Assembly: GCA_050613775.1 (NCBI GenBank)
Contig: JBODTK010000142.1
Location: 248,001-312,000, forward strand
DNA: 64,000 bases
Direction of reading: 5' to 3'
Origin: Neocallimastix sp. 'constans'
Taxonomy: Eukaryota
Within the stretch, counting starts at the first letter, position 1. Every line of letters begins with the position of its first letter. The notes beneath the pieces are model-generated. The model ran no database searches, was not told the origin of the DNA, and saw only the letters and a list, made by a program, of their open reading frames with translations. Positions 34,286 through 48,887 of this stretch are shown here, in pieces. The translations under genes and the position numbers were made by a program.

Positions 34286-35519
34286 GAAAGAAAAAAGCTA
34301 AAAGAGAATTTTATTTATATTAATAATTATAGAAAATATTTATATTTTATAGAATTTATTTATTGTAAGTTTATTATTTAAATATGTTTTACCATTCTTC
34401 TATTAATCTTAATTATTTAAAATTAAATAAAATAAAATGAATAAAATAAAAAATAAAAAATAAAAAAAATAAGAATAAAATAAAATAAATAAAAATAAAA
34501 ATAAAAATAAAAATAAATATAATTTTAATAATTTAATGTATATATAAATATTATAAATTATTTATTTTAACTCAATGTTTCTTTTTTGTTTTGTATTTTT
34601 CCAATAATTTCTAAATTAATGATACATTAGTTTCAAAGTACTTTGTCTCCTTATTAATAATATTTTTCACCTTCATCAAGAGAGTCAAAAGAGTTTTCTT
34701 TTCTGATTTCATATATATATTCTTATTAATTTCATACCAATTGTTATATCAATTAAATGATACTAAATTTTAGAAAAAAAAAAATATTATTACTTTTTCT
34801 TAAAATATGTTATTTTTAGATATTTAATTCTTTTATTATTTTTTATGATTTATTTATTATTATCCTATATCATATACTATTATGCCTTCCCTTCCAATAC
34901 AGAGCTTTATATAAATAAAGAGGATTCTTTTTTCAAAATGAAAATTAAAAATGAATGATTGTTCAATGCATCCATCCTATTAGATAATGGATTTAATGTA
35001 ATACAAAATCATAAATGTATCATGAATATGAAGGTTCTACTTGATATTTAATTCTTTTATTATTTTTTATGATTTATTTATTATTATCCTATATCATATA
35101 CTATTATGCCTTATATCCCTTCCAACATAATAATATCGTTAAACATTATTTTTACAATATTTATTCTAAATAATATTTATCACTTTAATAAAATAAAATA
35201 TTGAAATTATTTATTATTACTTTTTTATGCTATTGTGCTATTGTATTATTTATTTTTAATTAGTTATTATTAATCATTCATTATTTATATAATGGAATGT
35301 TAACAATTAATAAAAATTTACCACTTCAATAAAATAAAATAATTGATTTGTTTATTAATTTTTTTTATGTTATTAAATTATTTATTTATTATTTATTTAT
35401 TATTTATTATTTATAATTTATTTTTTATTATTTATTATTTATTTTTTTTATTTATATATTTACTTATTTATTTAATATTTATTTTACATATTTATTTATT
35501 ATTTATAATTTATTATTTA

Positions 35520-35800
35520 TAATTTATTATTTATTATTTATTATTTATTTATTATTTATTATTTATTATTTATTATTTATTATTTATTATTTATTATTTA
35601 TTATTTATTATTTATTATTTATTATTTATTATTTATTATTTATTATTTATTATTTATTATTTATTATTTATTATTTATTATTTATTATTTATTATTTATT
35701 ATTTATTATTTATTATTTATTATTTATTATTTATTATTTATTATTTATTATTTATTATTTATTATTTATTATTTATTATTTATTATTATTTATTATTTAT
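35520..35800. repeat. (TTATTAT)n heptamer repeat
   Basis: Directly visible. Confidence 0.95.
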
Positions 35801-36297
35801 TATTTTATTATTTTATTATTTTATTATTTTATTTTATCTTTTTATATATTATTTATTGTTATACTAGAATTAAAATAAATATATTATTTTTTTTGTACAT
35901 ATTTGCCTAAAAGTTTTTTTTTTTTTTTTTTTAAAACAGTATTAAAAGATAATTTATAAATATATATATATATATTTTTTTCTATAAAATTTTATTTCGA
36001 AATAATTTATATATTAAAGTTAAAGAAACGAAACTTTAAAAGTTTATATATCAAACAAAGAATAGTACATCAAACAAAGAATAGTACAACTTTAAATTGA
36101 TGGTATTTGTTTTTAGTTTTATACATTATTTCATTAATTTAATTAAATATAATAATTAATAATTAATATATTATATCATTTAATACAACATTTTTAAAAT
36201 TTTATTCTCTATGCCTTTCTATTAAAAAAATAATATTTAATATTAATTTTTGATGTGAATTAGCCATATTAATACATTATTTTAGTTTTCTTCTAAA

Positions 36298-36348
<51 letters not shown>

Positions 36349-36513
36349 TCTAAAATAGATTTGTAATAATTATTAATTAAAATATTTTAATAATTAAATA
36401 CTAATTTATATAAATTAATTTAATATATAAAAAGGGAATTTAAAATTTGTTTTTGATAAAACAAAGATACATTCAATATCTTATACCAAAAAAATATTAT
36501 ATTCAATTATAAA

Positions 36514-36545
<32 letters not shown>

Positions 36546-36687
36546 AAATAATAATAATAAAATAAAAAATAAAATAATAATAAAAATGTAAATAATAATA
36601 ATAATGTAAATAAAAATAATAATAAAATAAAAAATAAAATAATAATAAAAATAATAATAATAATAAAATAAAAAATAAAATAATAAA

Positions 36688-36732
<45 letters not shown>

Positions 36733-37186
36733 CAAGTAATAATAAATAATTAATATTTATTAGAGTTTAGTAACAATAATTATTGTAATAGTTATTATTA
36801 ATAATTATGATTAAATTATACTAACTATCAATTTTTCTTGGATAAATGTTGGCTAAATTTATATTTTTTTTTTTAACTAATTAGGTATAATAATAAAACA
36901 AATTTTAATTATTAATAAAAATTAGTAATAATGATTAAATTGTATAACTATCAATTTTGCTTGATTAAAGTGTTGGCTAAATTTATATATATATATATAT
37001 AATTTTTTTTGAATTCGTTAGGTAGGTTTAATAATGAAATAAATTTTAATTATAAAATATTATATTGTAAATATAATAAATAATTAATACATATATATTA
37101 TATATTTATATATATAAAGTTAAATTTTGTTTTAATGACTTTTGATTTAAATCAATAATTCTTTTGTAACGTATGGACTAAAATTA

Positions 37187-37229
<43 letters not shown>

Positions 37230-37486
37230 TGACATATATATATCATACATACCATAAAAGTAATTTTATAATGATTCAATTTGTTGATAATTTGGTGAAA
37301 TTTGTTATTTTTGACCATTATAAATATATATAGTATTTATTGAATAAATATTTAAATATATAATAATAATACAACTTAATTTCAAATATAAAAAGTATAA
37401 ATACTAAATTAAAATATTTAAAAATTATATACAATTGAAAAAAATTAACTTTTAAATTATATAATTATGTTAATACTGGAGAATAA

Positions 37487-37557
<71 letters not shown>

Positions 37558-40500
37558 GTTGTTGTTGTTGTTGTTTTTATTATTATTTATTATTATTATT
37601 GTTGTTGTTGTTGCTATTATTATTAATATTTAAATATATAAATGAAATAATTTATAGTAAAATGTAATATATTAATTGTTCAAAAGTATAAATCTCCCAT
37701 TAATATGATTCTAATAAATAATAAATTATAATAAAAATAATAAATAATAAATAATAGATAGTAGATAAATAATAAATAAAAATAATTAATAAATAACAAT
37801 AAATAAATAATAAAATAATAAAATAATAAAAAAAAATATAAATATCAAATAAAAAAATTATATAATAAAATTATAGTAAATATTTAATAGTTCGACTTCT
37901 AAATTTTTAATATTTAGTATTTACTAATTAAATACTATTAATAATAAATATTAACTAATAAATATTGTATATTTAAAAAAAAAATTATTAAATTTTTTTC
38001 AATGTAATGAAATTATAAAATTATGATATATTCTATATAAGGATAATTTCGAAATTCAAAAATATATATTATTTTAAAATAATCATTTTTTTATTTATTA
38101 AATGTTAATTATTACACTCCTTTCTTGATAAGGTTCGGTTAAGAAATTAACTTTAAACACTTAAAGAGAGGTTTTAAGTATAGCTTTCTTTTAAGATCTT
38201 TTTATTTATTTATTATATGTTTATGAACTATTTAGCTCTTCGAGCAATTGAACATTTTTTTGTACTATTTATACTTTATCTTAATTATAAATTTTATATT
38301 ATTATAACATATGATTTTTACTATGAAATATATAAATTATATTAAGGAGTAAACATCAGATGTTATAATAATATTCTCTAATAAAATTCCTATTCTTAAT
38401 AAATGTTATAAAATTACTATTTTTCTATATGAACTATAATAAAATATTCCTAAACTCTAATTAATATATTTTTCCTATTTATCTATTTGTTTTACATTAA
38501 TATCTTAAATTTTGTATTCATTAATTTCATGTAATACGTAATTATTATTTACATTTATATTTTATAATTATTTTATGATATTTTTACACATTTTCTTATT
38601 TTATTATCATTTCATATCATTCTCATATTAAATTTTTTACATAAATTTTTCATATATAATTTAATTTATTTAAATTACATTTTTATTCATTTACTTATTT
38701 TGTAATATGTAGAATATTAAACTTTAATTTCTAACACTCCTTCATAAGTTTAATTTTCTTAAGTTGATGTCCATTTAAATATTTTGTCAAACTATCCGTT
38801 AAATTATTCTCAGAATGTATTCTAATTTAATTTTCGATTTGTTTCACTAATTCTCTAACTTTGAGATATTTTAAACTTATATATCTTAATTTAGGATTTA
38901 TTGTTTCGTTTTCACTGTTGTAAATTACTGCTCTATTGTGTATTTTTATTTTAATTGTCCTTGCATTTATATTTAATTCTTCTAGGAAATTTCTCAACCA
39001 TATACATTTTAATGTGTATTCATTGAGGCTGCAATATTCATTTTTGACGGTTGATATTGATATACGGTGTTGAAGTTTCGAGTATTATGAAATCGGTGTA
39101 CTGCCCATATTGATTATAAATCCAGTTGTTGATCTTTTTGTCTCTTTATCACCACCTAAATCTGCATCTACATAAACATTTACATTTATATTGTTAGTAA
39201 ACATTAATCCATCATTTTTTGTACCTTATAAGTACCTAAAAATTTTTAAAACCATTTAGCCAATCTTTTTGTAGGATTCTTATTTTTTCTGGAAGCTTTA
39301 CTGGTAGTAAATAAAATGTCTGGCCAAGTTCCCATCGCTAGATATAGTAGACTTCCTACGGCTTGCAAATACCTCATGGATTAAAAATTTTTTTTTCATC
39401 CTTAATTCTTCATTTTGTATATAAGATAATCTTGATACTTCATTAAATTTTTCTATTTCAAATTTTCCCTGAATTTCATTTAAATATTGTAATTGGTGAA
39501 TTATATATTCACTTTTTGTTGTAATGAATTTTTATTCCTATTATGAAATCTACTGGTACAATATCACTTAAGTCAAATATTTTTTTTTTTAATTTCTGAT
39601 TTAACAAGATTAATTTTTGCTTTTCTTTCCTGATATAATTATATCATCAACGTATAATGATAATATACATGAAATATTATCTTTATGATCCTTTTTATAG
39701 TAAACATATGATTCATTTTTTTTTTTTTTTTTTTTTGATCTGATAAAATTTAATTTTAATATTACGTTATTTATTTTATTATTCCACATTCTAAAGGATT
39801 GTTTTAAGCCATATATTGCTTTGTTTAATTTCCAAAAATAAACAGAATTTTTAATACCATCAAGAATTTCCATATACACAAATCTTCATCTTCTTCAACA
39901 CTAAAATATTCTGTTTTAATATTTGATTGATATATCTTAAAATTATAATAGACAGAAAAAAATGTGATTATATTAAGGGAATCTTGTCTTTACATTGGCG
40001 AAAAAGTTTCTTCATAATCTACTTCATATATTTGAGAAAACCCCACGTGCTACTAGTCTTACTTGATACTTAATTATACTTCCTTTATCATCTCTTTTAT
40101 AACTGAAAACCGATTTACTCGAAATTTTTTTTTTTTTATTAGGAATTTTTTTTTTATATAAATAACCCACATTCTTTCCAAAAAATATTTTAATAATTTT
40201 TATTTATATTATTTATTATTTTTATTTCTTTATTTCAATTTCTGTATTCTTATTGATAGCCTTTTAAAGAAATTTATAGATTCTCATCGATTAGACAGAA
40301 ATTAGAAAATTTTAGTTTTAAAAATATTTTATATTATTTCCATAAGATTCGTTTTATATTAAAATTGTTCGATTTTAATAGATTTTTCGAATTTTACTTT
40401 TTTTTTTTTTAATTTTACAAAAACTGTTTCTACGCTAAAAGTATAAATAAGAGTGAAAATTTAATTAAAAAATTAATTTTCGTGTTTTTACTTTAAATTA

Positions 40501-40792
40501 GCAAACAAAAATAAATTAGAATAAAATAATAAATAAAATATAATATAATATTCTCTTTCTTTTTAATAATTAGAAAAAAAAATTAAATATTTCAAGAAGG
40601 AAAAGTAAGAGGTGCAAAATTGCCTGGAATATTTTCATAAAAAAAAAAATACAACTGAGAGAGAAAGAATAATCTTATTATTACATATATCATAAACATG
40701 ATAAGAAGAAAGATTTGAATCATAACCTAGGATAATACCAGGAAGAGCGGAATTTAAAGGTTTTTTTTTTTTTTTTTTTAACCAAAAAACAC

Positions 40793-40864
<72 letters not shown>

Positions 40865-41896
40865 CGATTTTTTTTTCCATATAATAATTCATAAGGAAAA
40901 TAATTATTAATTCTACTATGAGGGAAACGATTATGAAGTAGGTTGATAGTGTCTATGGCATCTTCCCAGAAGACAGACATGATTTAATTTTACCTCTTCT
41001 AAGATAGCTCATGCATTAGGGATTAATGTACCGTGTGGCCTTTTTATTATATCTAAAATTATTATTCTAATTAACATAAATTTATTATTAATTAGAGTTT
41101 TTATTTCTATTTTATATCATATCTCCCTCCTTTAGTTACAACGATATCGTAGTTGTAAAGAAGAATTTATTATATTTTTATTATGAAAATTTGAATTCTT
41201 CTTTTAAAAAATAAGAACTAAACATAAAAAAAATTTTTTTTTAATAACAATAATTTTTTTTATTTGATGTAAATTTTTCTTTAATAAAAATTTTAATTGA
41301 TATCTTGAGAAAAATTCATATACAAAGAAGGAAATATTTACATAAGCCTTATATAATGAATGATATTCTGAAAAATTATTCTTTACAATTTTATTTAATT
41401 TATTTGATCCTTTATTGATTAAAAATTTGGATAACTGAATAATTCTTTTAATTTCTTGACTATTATTATTATTATAATTTAAATTTTTAATTAGAATCAC
41501 CGATTTGGAATGATTGTCACATGAATTAAGTTCTTCTTACTTTAATGATGTACTTCAATTTATTAATTTTTTTATATTGATTATATTGATTATTTTTATA
41601 ACTATTATTTATTTTACGTTTTCTAATATTTCTGAGTTTCTTATTAATGTTTAACCTTTTCAAAGTAGTATTGGTCCTAATCTTCTTATAGGGTCTATTA
41701 ATTTCGTCTTTATCAATTTTTCCTTTAGTAGAATTATTTTCTTTTAATTAATTTATTTCTAAGTTGTTTCCATTCTTTTTATTATCTTCATTAATTTCTT
41801 TGCCACATATTTTTGAGAAAGTCAGTTTATTTTCCTCATTAAACGATCTAGTAGAATCAAATTCCGTTCCTTTATAAAGATTTTTGGACTTGATAG

Positions 41897-42193
41897 TCAG
41901 TTAGTAAAGGATGCTACAAATTCTTTTATGCATGCTAACGTCCTCCAAAAAGATATTCTTGAATTTTCCCAATCTATCAGTTTAGTAATTTCTCTTAATA
42001 AGTCTAAGGAATTAAGGTAGTCCTTGATAATGAACTGCTCCACATATTCAGTAGGCAGACAATCATACATTTTTCTATACATATAGGTAAAATCGGCGAT
42101 ATTCTTATTATCTTCTATTCTTACTCTTTTTAAGAGATCAACAATAACTTCTGGAGATTCAAAATATCGACTTATAGCTTCTCGTTCATCCAT
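41897..42193 (-). pseudogene. Possible gag-like ORF of a second element nested in the copia
   Basis: Coding-like ORF (IADFTYMYRKMY...IKDYLNSL) lying between copia gag and integrase; a separate purine tract AAGGAGGGAG sits at 41123-41132. Confidence 0.35.
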
Positions 42194-42554
42194 TATAGTA
42201 TTATTGCTTTGAATTAATTTATATTGTGAATTATTATTATTGTAACAAATCTTAATGTTAATTAGAATTGTTTTTTAAATTTTCTACACGAAAGGTTCTT
42301 GAAGCAAAAGTAATTAAAAATATGTTTTTAATAAAACATATTTTTAATTACTTTAAAACAAGTTTTTTTTTTTTAATAAAAATATAATTTATTATTTTAT
42401 TAATTAATTATTGTAATATTTTAAATAACTTTAAAATTAATTAATAAAAGCACAAGAAAAAAACATTTTATTATGAAATTTTACTTCTATTTATAGTTTT
42501 TAAGGAAAAATAATTATTTTAAGTTATCAGTTGTTATTAGTAATTATTATAAAT

Positions 42555-42690
42555 AAAAGAAAATAAAAGAAAATTAAAGAAAATTAAAGAAATTAAAGAA
42601 AATTAAAGAAATTAAAGAAAATTAAAGAAATTAAAGAAAATTAAAGAAATTAAAGAAAATTAAAGAAAATTAAAGAAAATTAAAGAAAAC
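42555..42690. repeat. (AATTAAAGA[A])n 9-10 bp tandem repeat
   Basis: Directly visible. Confidence 0.9.
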
Positions 42691-43898
42691 AAATTTTCTT
42701 TCTAGAAAATGAATCTTTGATAAAAATGATAAATACTATTGATAAAATAGATTTTTCTAGTTTTATCGGTTCAATTTTTTTAACCGATAAACACTAGTAA
42801 TTTCTTTAATATTCTAGTTAAAATAAATAAAAATTATTAAAATTTGGAAAGAGTATAAGTCGAACCCTAAGGGTTCCTAATTTGCCAGTTGTGAGTTTCG
42901 TTACAATTATTAAATTTCTACTTAATCAAGTAGAAAGTAAGGAAAAAAGATCTACTAAAGCTAGTAGATAACTTATGAAAATTAATTATATTAAAATTAT
43001 ATAATATAAATTTGGTAAATTTTATAATATCTTACATCCCATAAAAGAAACCGATATCTCCACCAATTGATAAAGTATGCCAGTTTCGGTTCTTTTAAGG
43101 TTTGTTCTTTTAAATGGGGAAAATAATTTATGTGTTTTATGAAAAATTGCTTTATTTAAATTTTATTTATTTAGAAGAATTACAACTACACATCATTGTT
43201 TAAAATGAAAACTAACATTTATTAAAAATTGATTCTATATTATTTATGATATTTTTATGACCATTAGAATATATATTAGCATTTCTAGATGTATCTTCAT
43301 TTATCAATAGATGAATTGCTAAGGTTACTAGATTGATTAACCGAACTATTTTTTGATCTCCTTTCAAAATGAATTTTATGAATCTTTGATTGGTTCTAAT
43401 TAGCAGTTCAGAAAATTTATCAAAAGTTCCTTGAAAATTAATGGCATTTGATATTAAAGCTAGATCATCCGATATACTGTTATATAAATAATCGATCTTT
43501 TCTTATTAACTTAATGAAGCTTTTAACATACTAAGTTCCTTGAATCTTGATTCCATATTTACAATGAAAATAGATTAAAAATGTCCTTTTCTAGTTTATT
43601 ATTTTTTTCTCTTTCTAAGGTGTTTTTTATTTCTTCTATTAAATCATTGTCATTACTTATGTTCATACTCGATATTATGATATAAATTTCATAATCTGTT
43701 AATGCAATGAAGTCGAAATTTTCGGCTAGTTCCTTAGGAATGCTATTAATTAAATTTTACTCTACAAGGACATCTTCTTGTAAAATATCTTCGGTGACTC
43801 GGTAGTACCATCAACCAGTGTTAATTTTTTCTTTTGCTTTTTGCTTAGCTTAGCTTCGGAAATTTTTTTTACTCTTTTCCTCTAATATATAACTTTAC

Positions 43899-43956
<58 letters not shown>

Positions 43957-45755
43957 TAGAAAATAAAATTCCTGTTTCCACAGTTTGAAGTTGGAATTTT
44001 CCAAAATATCCTGGGTAGCGTTTCTTTCCTAATTCATTTTTGCTTTTAGTTAATTTGACTTAATTTTTATTCTAGTTATAAAATATTACTTCACTTCAAT
44101 TTATTTTAATTAATATAGTAAAATTTATTTTTTTTTATTTCTTTATATTACTATCGAATAATTAAGAGCACTTGAAACTCTTAATCTAGTGTAAAATAAT
44201 CACTTTATTTATTTATTTATTTTTTTTTTTTTTTATTAAATATTAATTATTACACTCTTTTCTCATATTCATCTTTACATAAAATTTTCACATATAATCT
44301 AATTTATTTAAATTACATTTTTATTCATTTATTTATTTTCTAATATTAAATTTTCGTTTATTATTTAATTATTTTCTAATATTAAATATTCGTTTATTCG
44401 TTTATTATTTAATTATTTTTGTCTTATAAAATACTATAAAAATAAGTTATTATTAATTAACTATATTTTATTAAAAAATGTAGAATATCAAACTTAATTT
44501 CTAAAAATCAAATATACATATTTACTATTTATAACCTAATTTATATAGAATTTATGAGATTTTTTTTTTTTTTTTCAAAAAATTTTTGTTTATTATTTAT
44601 AATATCATTTTTATATATATATTTTTTTTTAATTTATAGGATTAAAAAACGAATAAATTTTCATCTAAATAAATGGTTTATATAGATTAACTAATTAATT
44701 AATTATTAATTATAGAAATTTTTATAAAATAAAATTCATAAAATTTGAATTTATATTATTCATAAATTATAATCAATGCTTAGTAATTTAATAAAATAAT
44801 CATTTATTATAATAAATTACTATTAATTATTAATATCTAAACCTATAATAGAAAAACTACTTATAATAATTAAAGCATTATCTATCTTTTTTTTTTTCTC
44901 TATACAATTGTTTGATATGTATTATATTATAATAATACTATATAAATAAAAGAATTAAAAGAATTAATTTTATATTTAATATTATTATTATAATTAATTG
45001 TAATTATAAAAATGATGATTTTTTAATAAAAAAAATAGTTTTGTAAATTATTTAGTATAAAATAATAAAATTCAAATTAAATTACCTATCAGAACTAAAA
45101 AATTTTAACTTATAATTTATAATACTAAATAGATAGACATACAAGTAATTTCGAAAATATTTAAGAAATGTAAGACATTGTATTTTATTTCATGTAATAA
45201 AAATAAATTTTTAAAATTTTTAAAATTATTGACACAAGATCAAATAAATAAAATTGATACGTTAATATTGTAATTATATATTCATTGTTTATTTTACTTA
45301 ATTGTATATTTTATTTTATTATTATTATATTTTACTATTATTATATTTTATTATTATTATAATTTATTATTAAATATTATTATTATTTAACTATTATTCT
45401 ATTTTATTTTTTAATTAATTTATAAAATATAAAATTATTTTTTCTTAAATTCCCTATACAATTAAACGATAAAACATAAAAAAAAAACTTTCTTACATTG
45501 ATATATTTTATTTTTATGCTTTTTCTTTTTTTTATATTTTAATTTAAAATAAAGATAATATAAATACTAATAAAAAAGATTAAAAAAGATTATACATATA
45601 TAATATTTCGTTAGTAACCTTTTTTCATTTCTTTATTATATTTATCTTATTATACTTAATTTTTTTTTTTTTTTTTTTAATTGTTTTTTAAATTTTTTTT
45701 AAAAATTAATATATAATACAATAATATAATAGTATTATAAGATATTATAATATAA

Positions 45756-47357
45756 ATGAAATTATCAACAGGATCATCAAACAAAATTATAATTAATAAT
45801 GACATATCATATTCACAATATTCAATACATCAAATAATTTTCCCAATAATAATTCTAAGTTTAGGTTTACTTATTTTATCCTTATTATATTATACATACA
45901 AATATTTTCAAAAAAAGGAAAATTCTCAGTATACATTTTTATTCATTTTTAAACTTTTTAAAAAATGGAAGGAAAATTTTGGAAAATCAAGCTATAATTC
46001 CTCGTCTTCATTATCTTTCCGAGAAAAGGAAATAGATAATTTAATTAATAAATCTGGAGGTTCAGAAGAATTAGAGGAAGATTCCATAAATAGGGTATTG
46101 GATAGTAATAATTCCATAATAAAAGTCATTCATCTTAAAAAGGTTCTATTATTTAAAAAGGTTAGAATTTACTATATGAAGAATTCAATAATTTATTATT
46201 ATTTTAATATATAATAATTGATTTAAAATATTACAATAAATAAATAAAACTCACAAATAATTTTTTACATATATAAATATATATGTATATGTATTTATAT
46301 ATTATATTTTTTTCCATGTATATATTATATCCTTTTATAATATGTATATATGTTCATACAATATGTACAGATAAAGGATGGATTTATTTTAACAAGTATT
46401 AATTATAGCAAATATAAAAATTCATCATTAAATAAAATAAAATCTTTAAAGATTATACCCAATCCTCAAGCATTTATTAATGATTATTTAAGAAATCAAT
46501 ATTTCAATATTAAATATTTATTAATTTCACATTCAAATCAATGTAAAATATGGATCATTCAAAAAGGGAAATATATATTTTCTTTTAAAAAGAAAACTAA
46601 TGATGAGTATGCTATTAAAGATGAAAATGATAATTTTTATCAAAATAATATTAATAAAAGTTTCAATAAAACTTTTGATAATTTATTAGAAAATGATATT
46701 GATAGAAACTATAATGCGACTTTTGATAATTTATTAGAAAATAATATTAATAAAAATTTTGAAACAACTTTTGATAATTTATTAGAAAATGATATTAATG
46801 AAGACTTTATAGATCCAGACCTTCTTAAGGAATCAATAATATCTTCATCATTATCTTCACCTACTACTACTAAAACCACTACATCATCTACAATTATTTC
46901 AGATAATACTCCTGTTATTCCAAAGAATAATACTACGAAACATAAAAAATTTCATTTTGATTATTATAGTAAAAAAATTATTTTCCATCCCAATAGTTTA
47001 TATCATGAACAAAACGCAAAAAAATATAATACTATAGAAGGGAATTTTGAAAGAGATCTTCAGTTCTCTTCAGTTACTATTGTTTTAACAACTGGAAATC
47101 AAAAAGAATTACCTTATTTCCCAAGATACCCATGGTATTGGGATGGGGTGGAACTTTTCGCTGGTATTACTATTCAACCAAAACCATACTATCATCCAAA
47201 TTATTTATCACTAAATTGGAAACCAAGTAAAAATATTATAAATTCAAAACGCATATCATCAACATCAAATAACAAAAAATCAATTTCATTAACCTTAAAT
47301 AATAATGATAATAAACGGAATTTCACTCTTTCTTTGACAAGAACAAATTCTTTCTAG
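45756..47357 (+). CDS. Hypothetical protein with one N-terminal TM helix; exons 45756-46160 and 46371-47357
   Basis: TM segment IIFPIIILSLGLLILSLLYY. Donor AAG|GTTAGA and acceptor TACAG| are in phase 0. Three TFDNLLEN repeats and an aromatic C-terminal block (PYFPRYPWYWDGVELFAG). Confidence 0.7.
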
Positions 47358-47896
47358 AAAATTAATTTTTCTTTTTTGAAAAAAAAAAAAAAAAAAAAAA
47401 GATAATTATAACTAGAAAATATAAATAATAGACAATAAATTTAGTAAAAAAATAAAAAAAAAAAAAAAAAAAGATAAAACAAATAGAATAATTTAATGAT
47501 TAGTATATTAAATAATATCAAAAATATTATATATATATAATTTATTCATTATTAATAATTTATATATATATTTTTTGTCTCTTTTTTTTTTTAATTTATT
47601 ATTGATAATATCATATTTTTACTTTTTTTTTTATCAAAATAGTAGAATATATATAACAGTATTATATATTATATATACTATAATATATACTAATATTATT
47701 AATATATTAAGAAAAATATAAAAGTTTTTATTTTCATTTGAAATTTAGTTTTAAATTTTTAATTTTTTATTTTTATTTTTATTTTTTATTTTTTATTTTT
47801 TATTTTTTATTTTTTATTTTTTTTGTTCTTTTTTTATATAAAAAAAGTATATTAAAAAATAGAAAAAACGGAAGAAGTTTAGATAAAAAAATTTAA

Positions 47897-47929
<33 letters not shown>

Positions 47930-48237
47930 ATATTAATCATTTCAACTAATTTATTTTTATTTTATTTTATTTTATTTTAGTTTATTTTATTTTTTTTTTT
48001 TTTAATTTCATAATTAATTTTATATAAATAAATTTATATATAATAATTAGTAATTTAGTATATCAATAGTTTTTATTAAAAAATATTATGTATATTATAT
48101 TATTTATATAGAGCAAAATGACACTAGATGTAATTAAAGAAAAAAAATTTAATATATATTTGGAAATAGTTCTAATAGACATAGACAAATTTTTATTATT
48201 ATTATTATTATTTATCATTATTATATATTATTATTTA

Positions 48238-48280
<43 letters not shown>

Positions 48281-48556
48281 GAAATAGAGTATTAATTATA
48301 AATAATTTAGTATTTTTCATTTTTCTTATTTTTACATATATATGAAATTCAATATAAATACTATCAAATTTTATTTTTAAAAAATTAAAGTTTATATATT
48401 GCTATCAATACATAATAATATTATTAATGAACAATTTTGAAATTAATAAAAATTTATAATTAAAGATATACTTAAGCATTAAAAATAAAAAATAAATATA
48501 TAAAAAAAAATAAAAAAAAAAAAAAATTAAATACACTATATATATATATTTATAAT

Positions 48557-48589
<33 letters not shown>

Positions 48590-48846
48590 CTTTTTTCATT
48601 AAATAATTTACAATAATATAACGACTTGAAATAAAAAAAAATTTTTTTAATGAATATAATTGATATGAATATCAATTCATATCAATTATATTATATTTAT
48701 TATATAATATAATACAATATAATAATAATAAAAATAGTAATATTAGCTAATGGCAATTTCATATTATATATGGTTTAAAATGAAAAAGTGAATTAAAATA
48801 TTTTGTTTCATATATATATTTAATTTTTTTTATTTTATATTTTGTA

Positions 48847-48881
<35 letters not shown>

Positions 48882-48887
<6 letters not shown>

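Larger units (their letters stand above)
38076..44506 (-). mobile_element. Decayed Ty1/copia LTR retrotransposon
   Basis: Minus-strand order: gag-like (~43300-44050), integrase (FWEDAIDTINLLHNRFPH, PYELLYG, GIILGYD; 40640-41040), RT (KLNKAIYGLKQS, LYVDDII), RNase H (YVDADLGGDKETKRSTTG...CIWLRNFLEEL). A purine tract GAAGGAG precedes TGTTAG at 38736. LTR-like homology between ~38076-38736 and ~44192-44506. Confidence 0.85.

Noticed and set aside
42555..42690. CRISPR-like or telomeric array
   Set aside because: A simple AT-rich tandem repeat without unique spacers or G-rich units, in a eukaryotic context.
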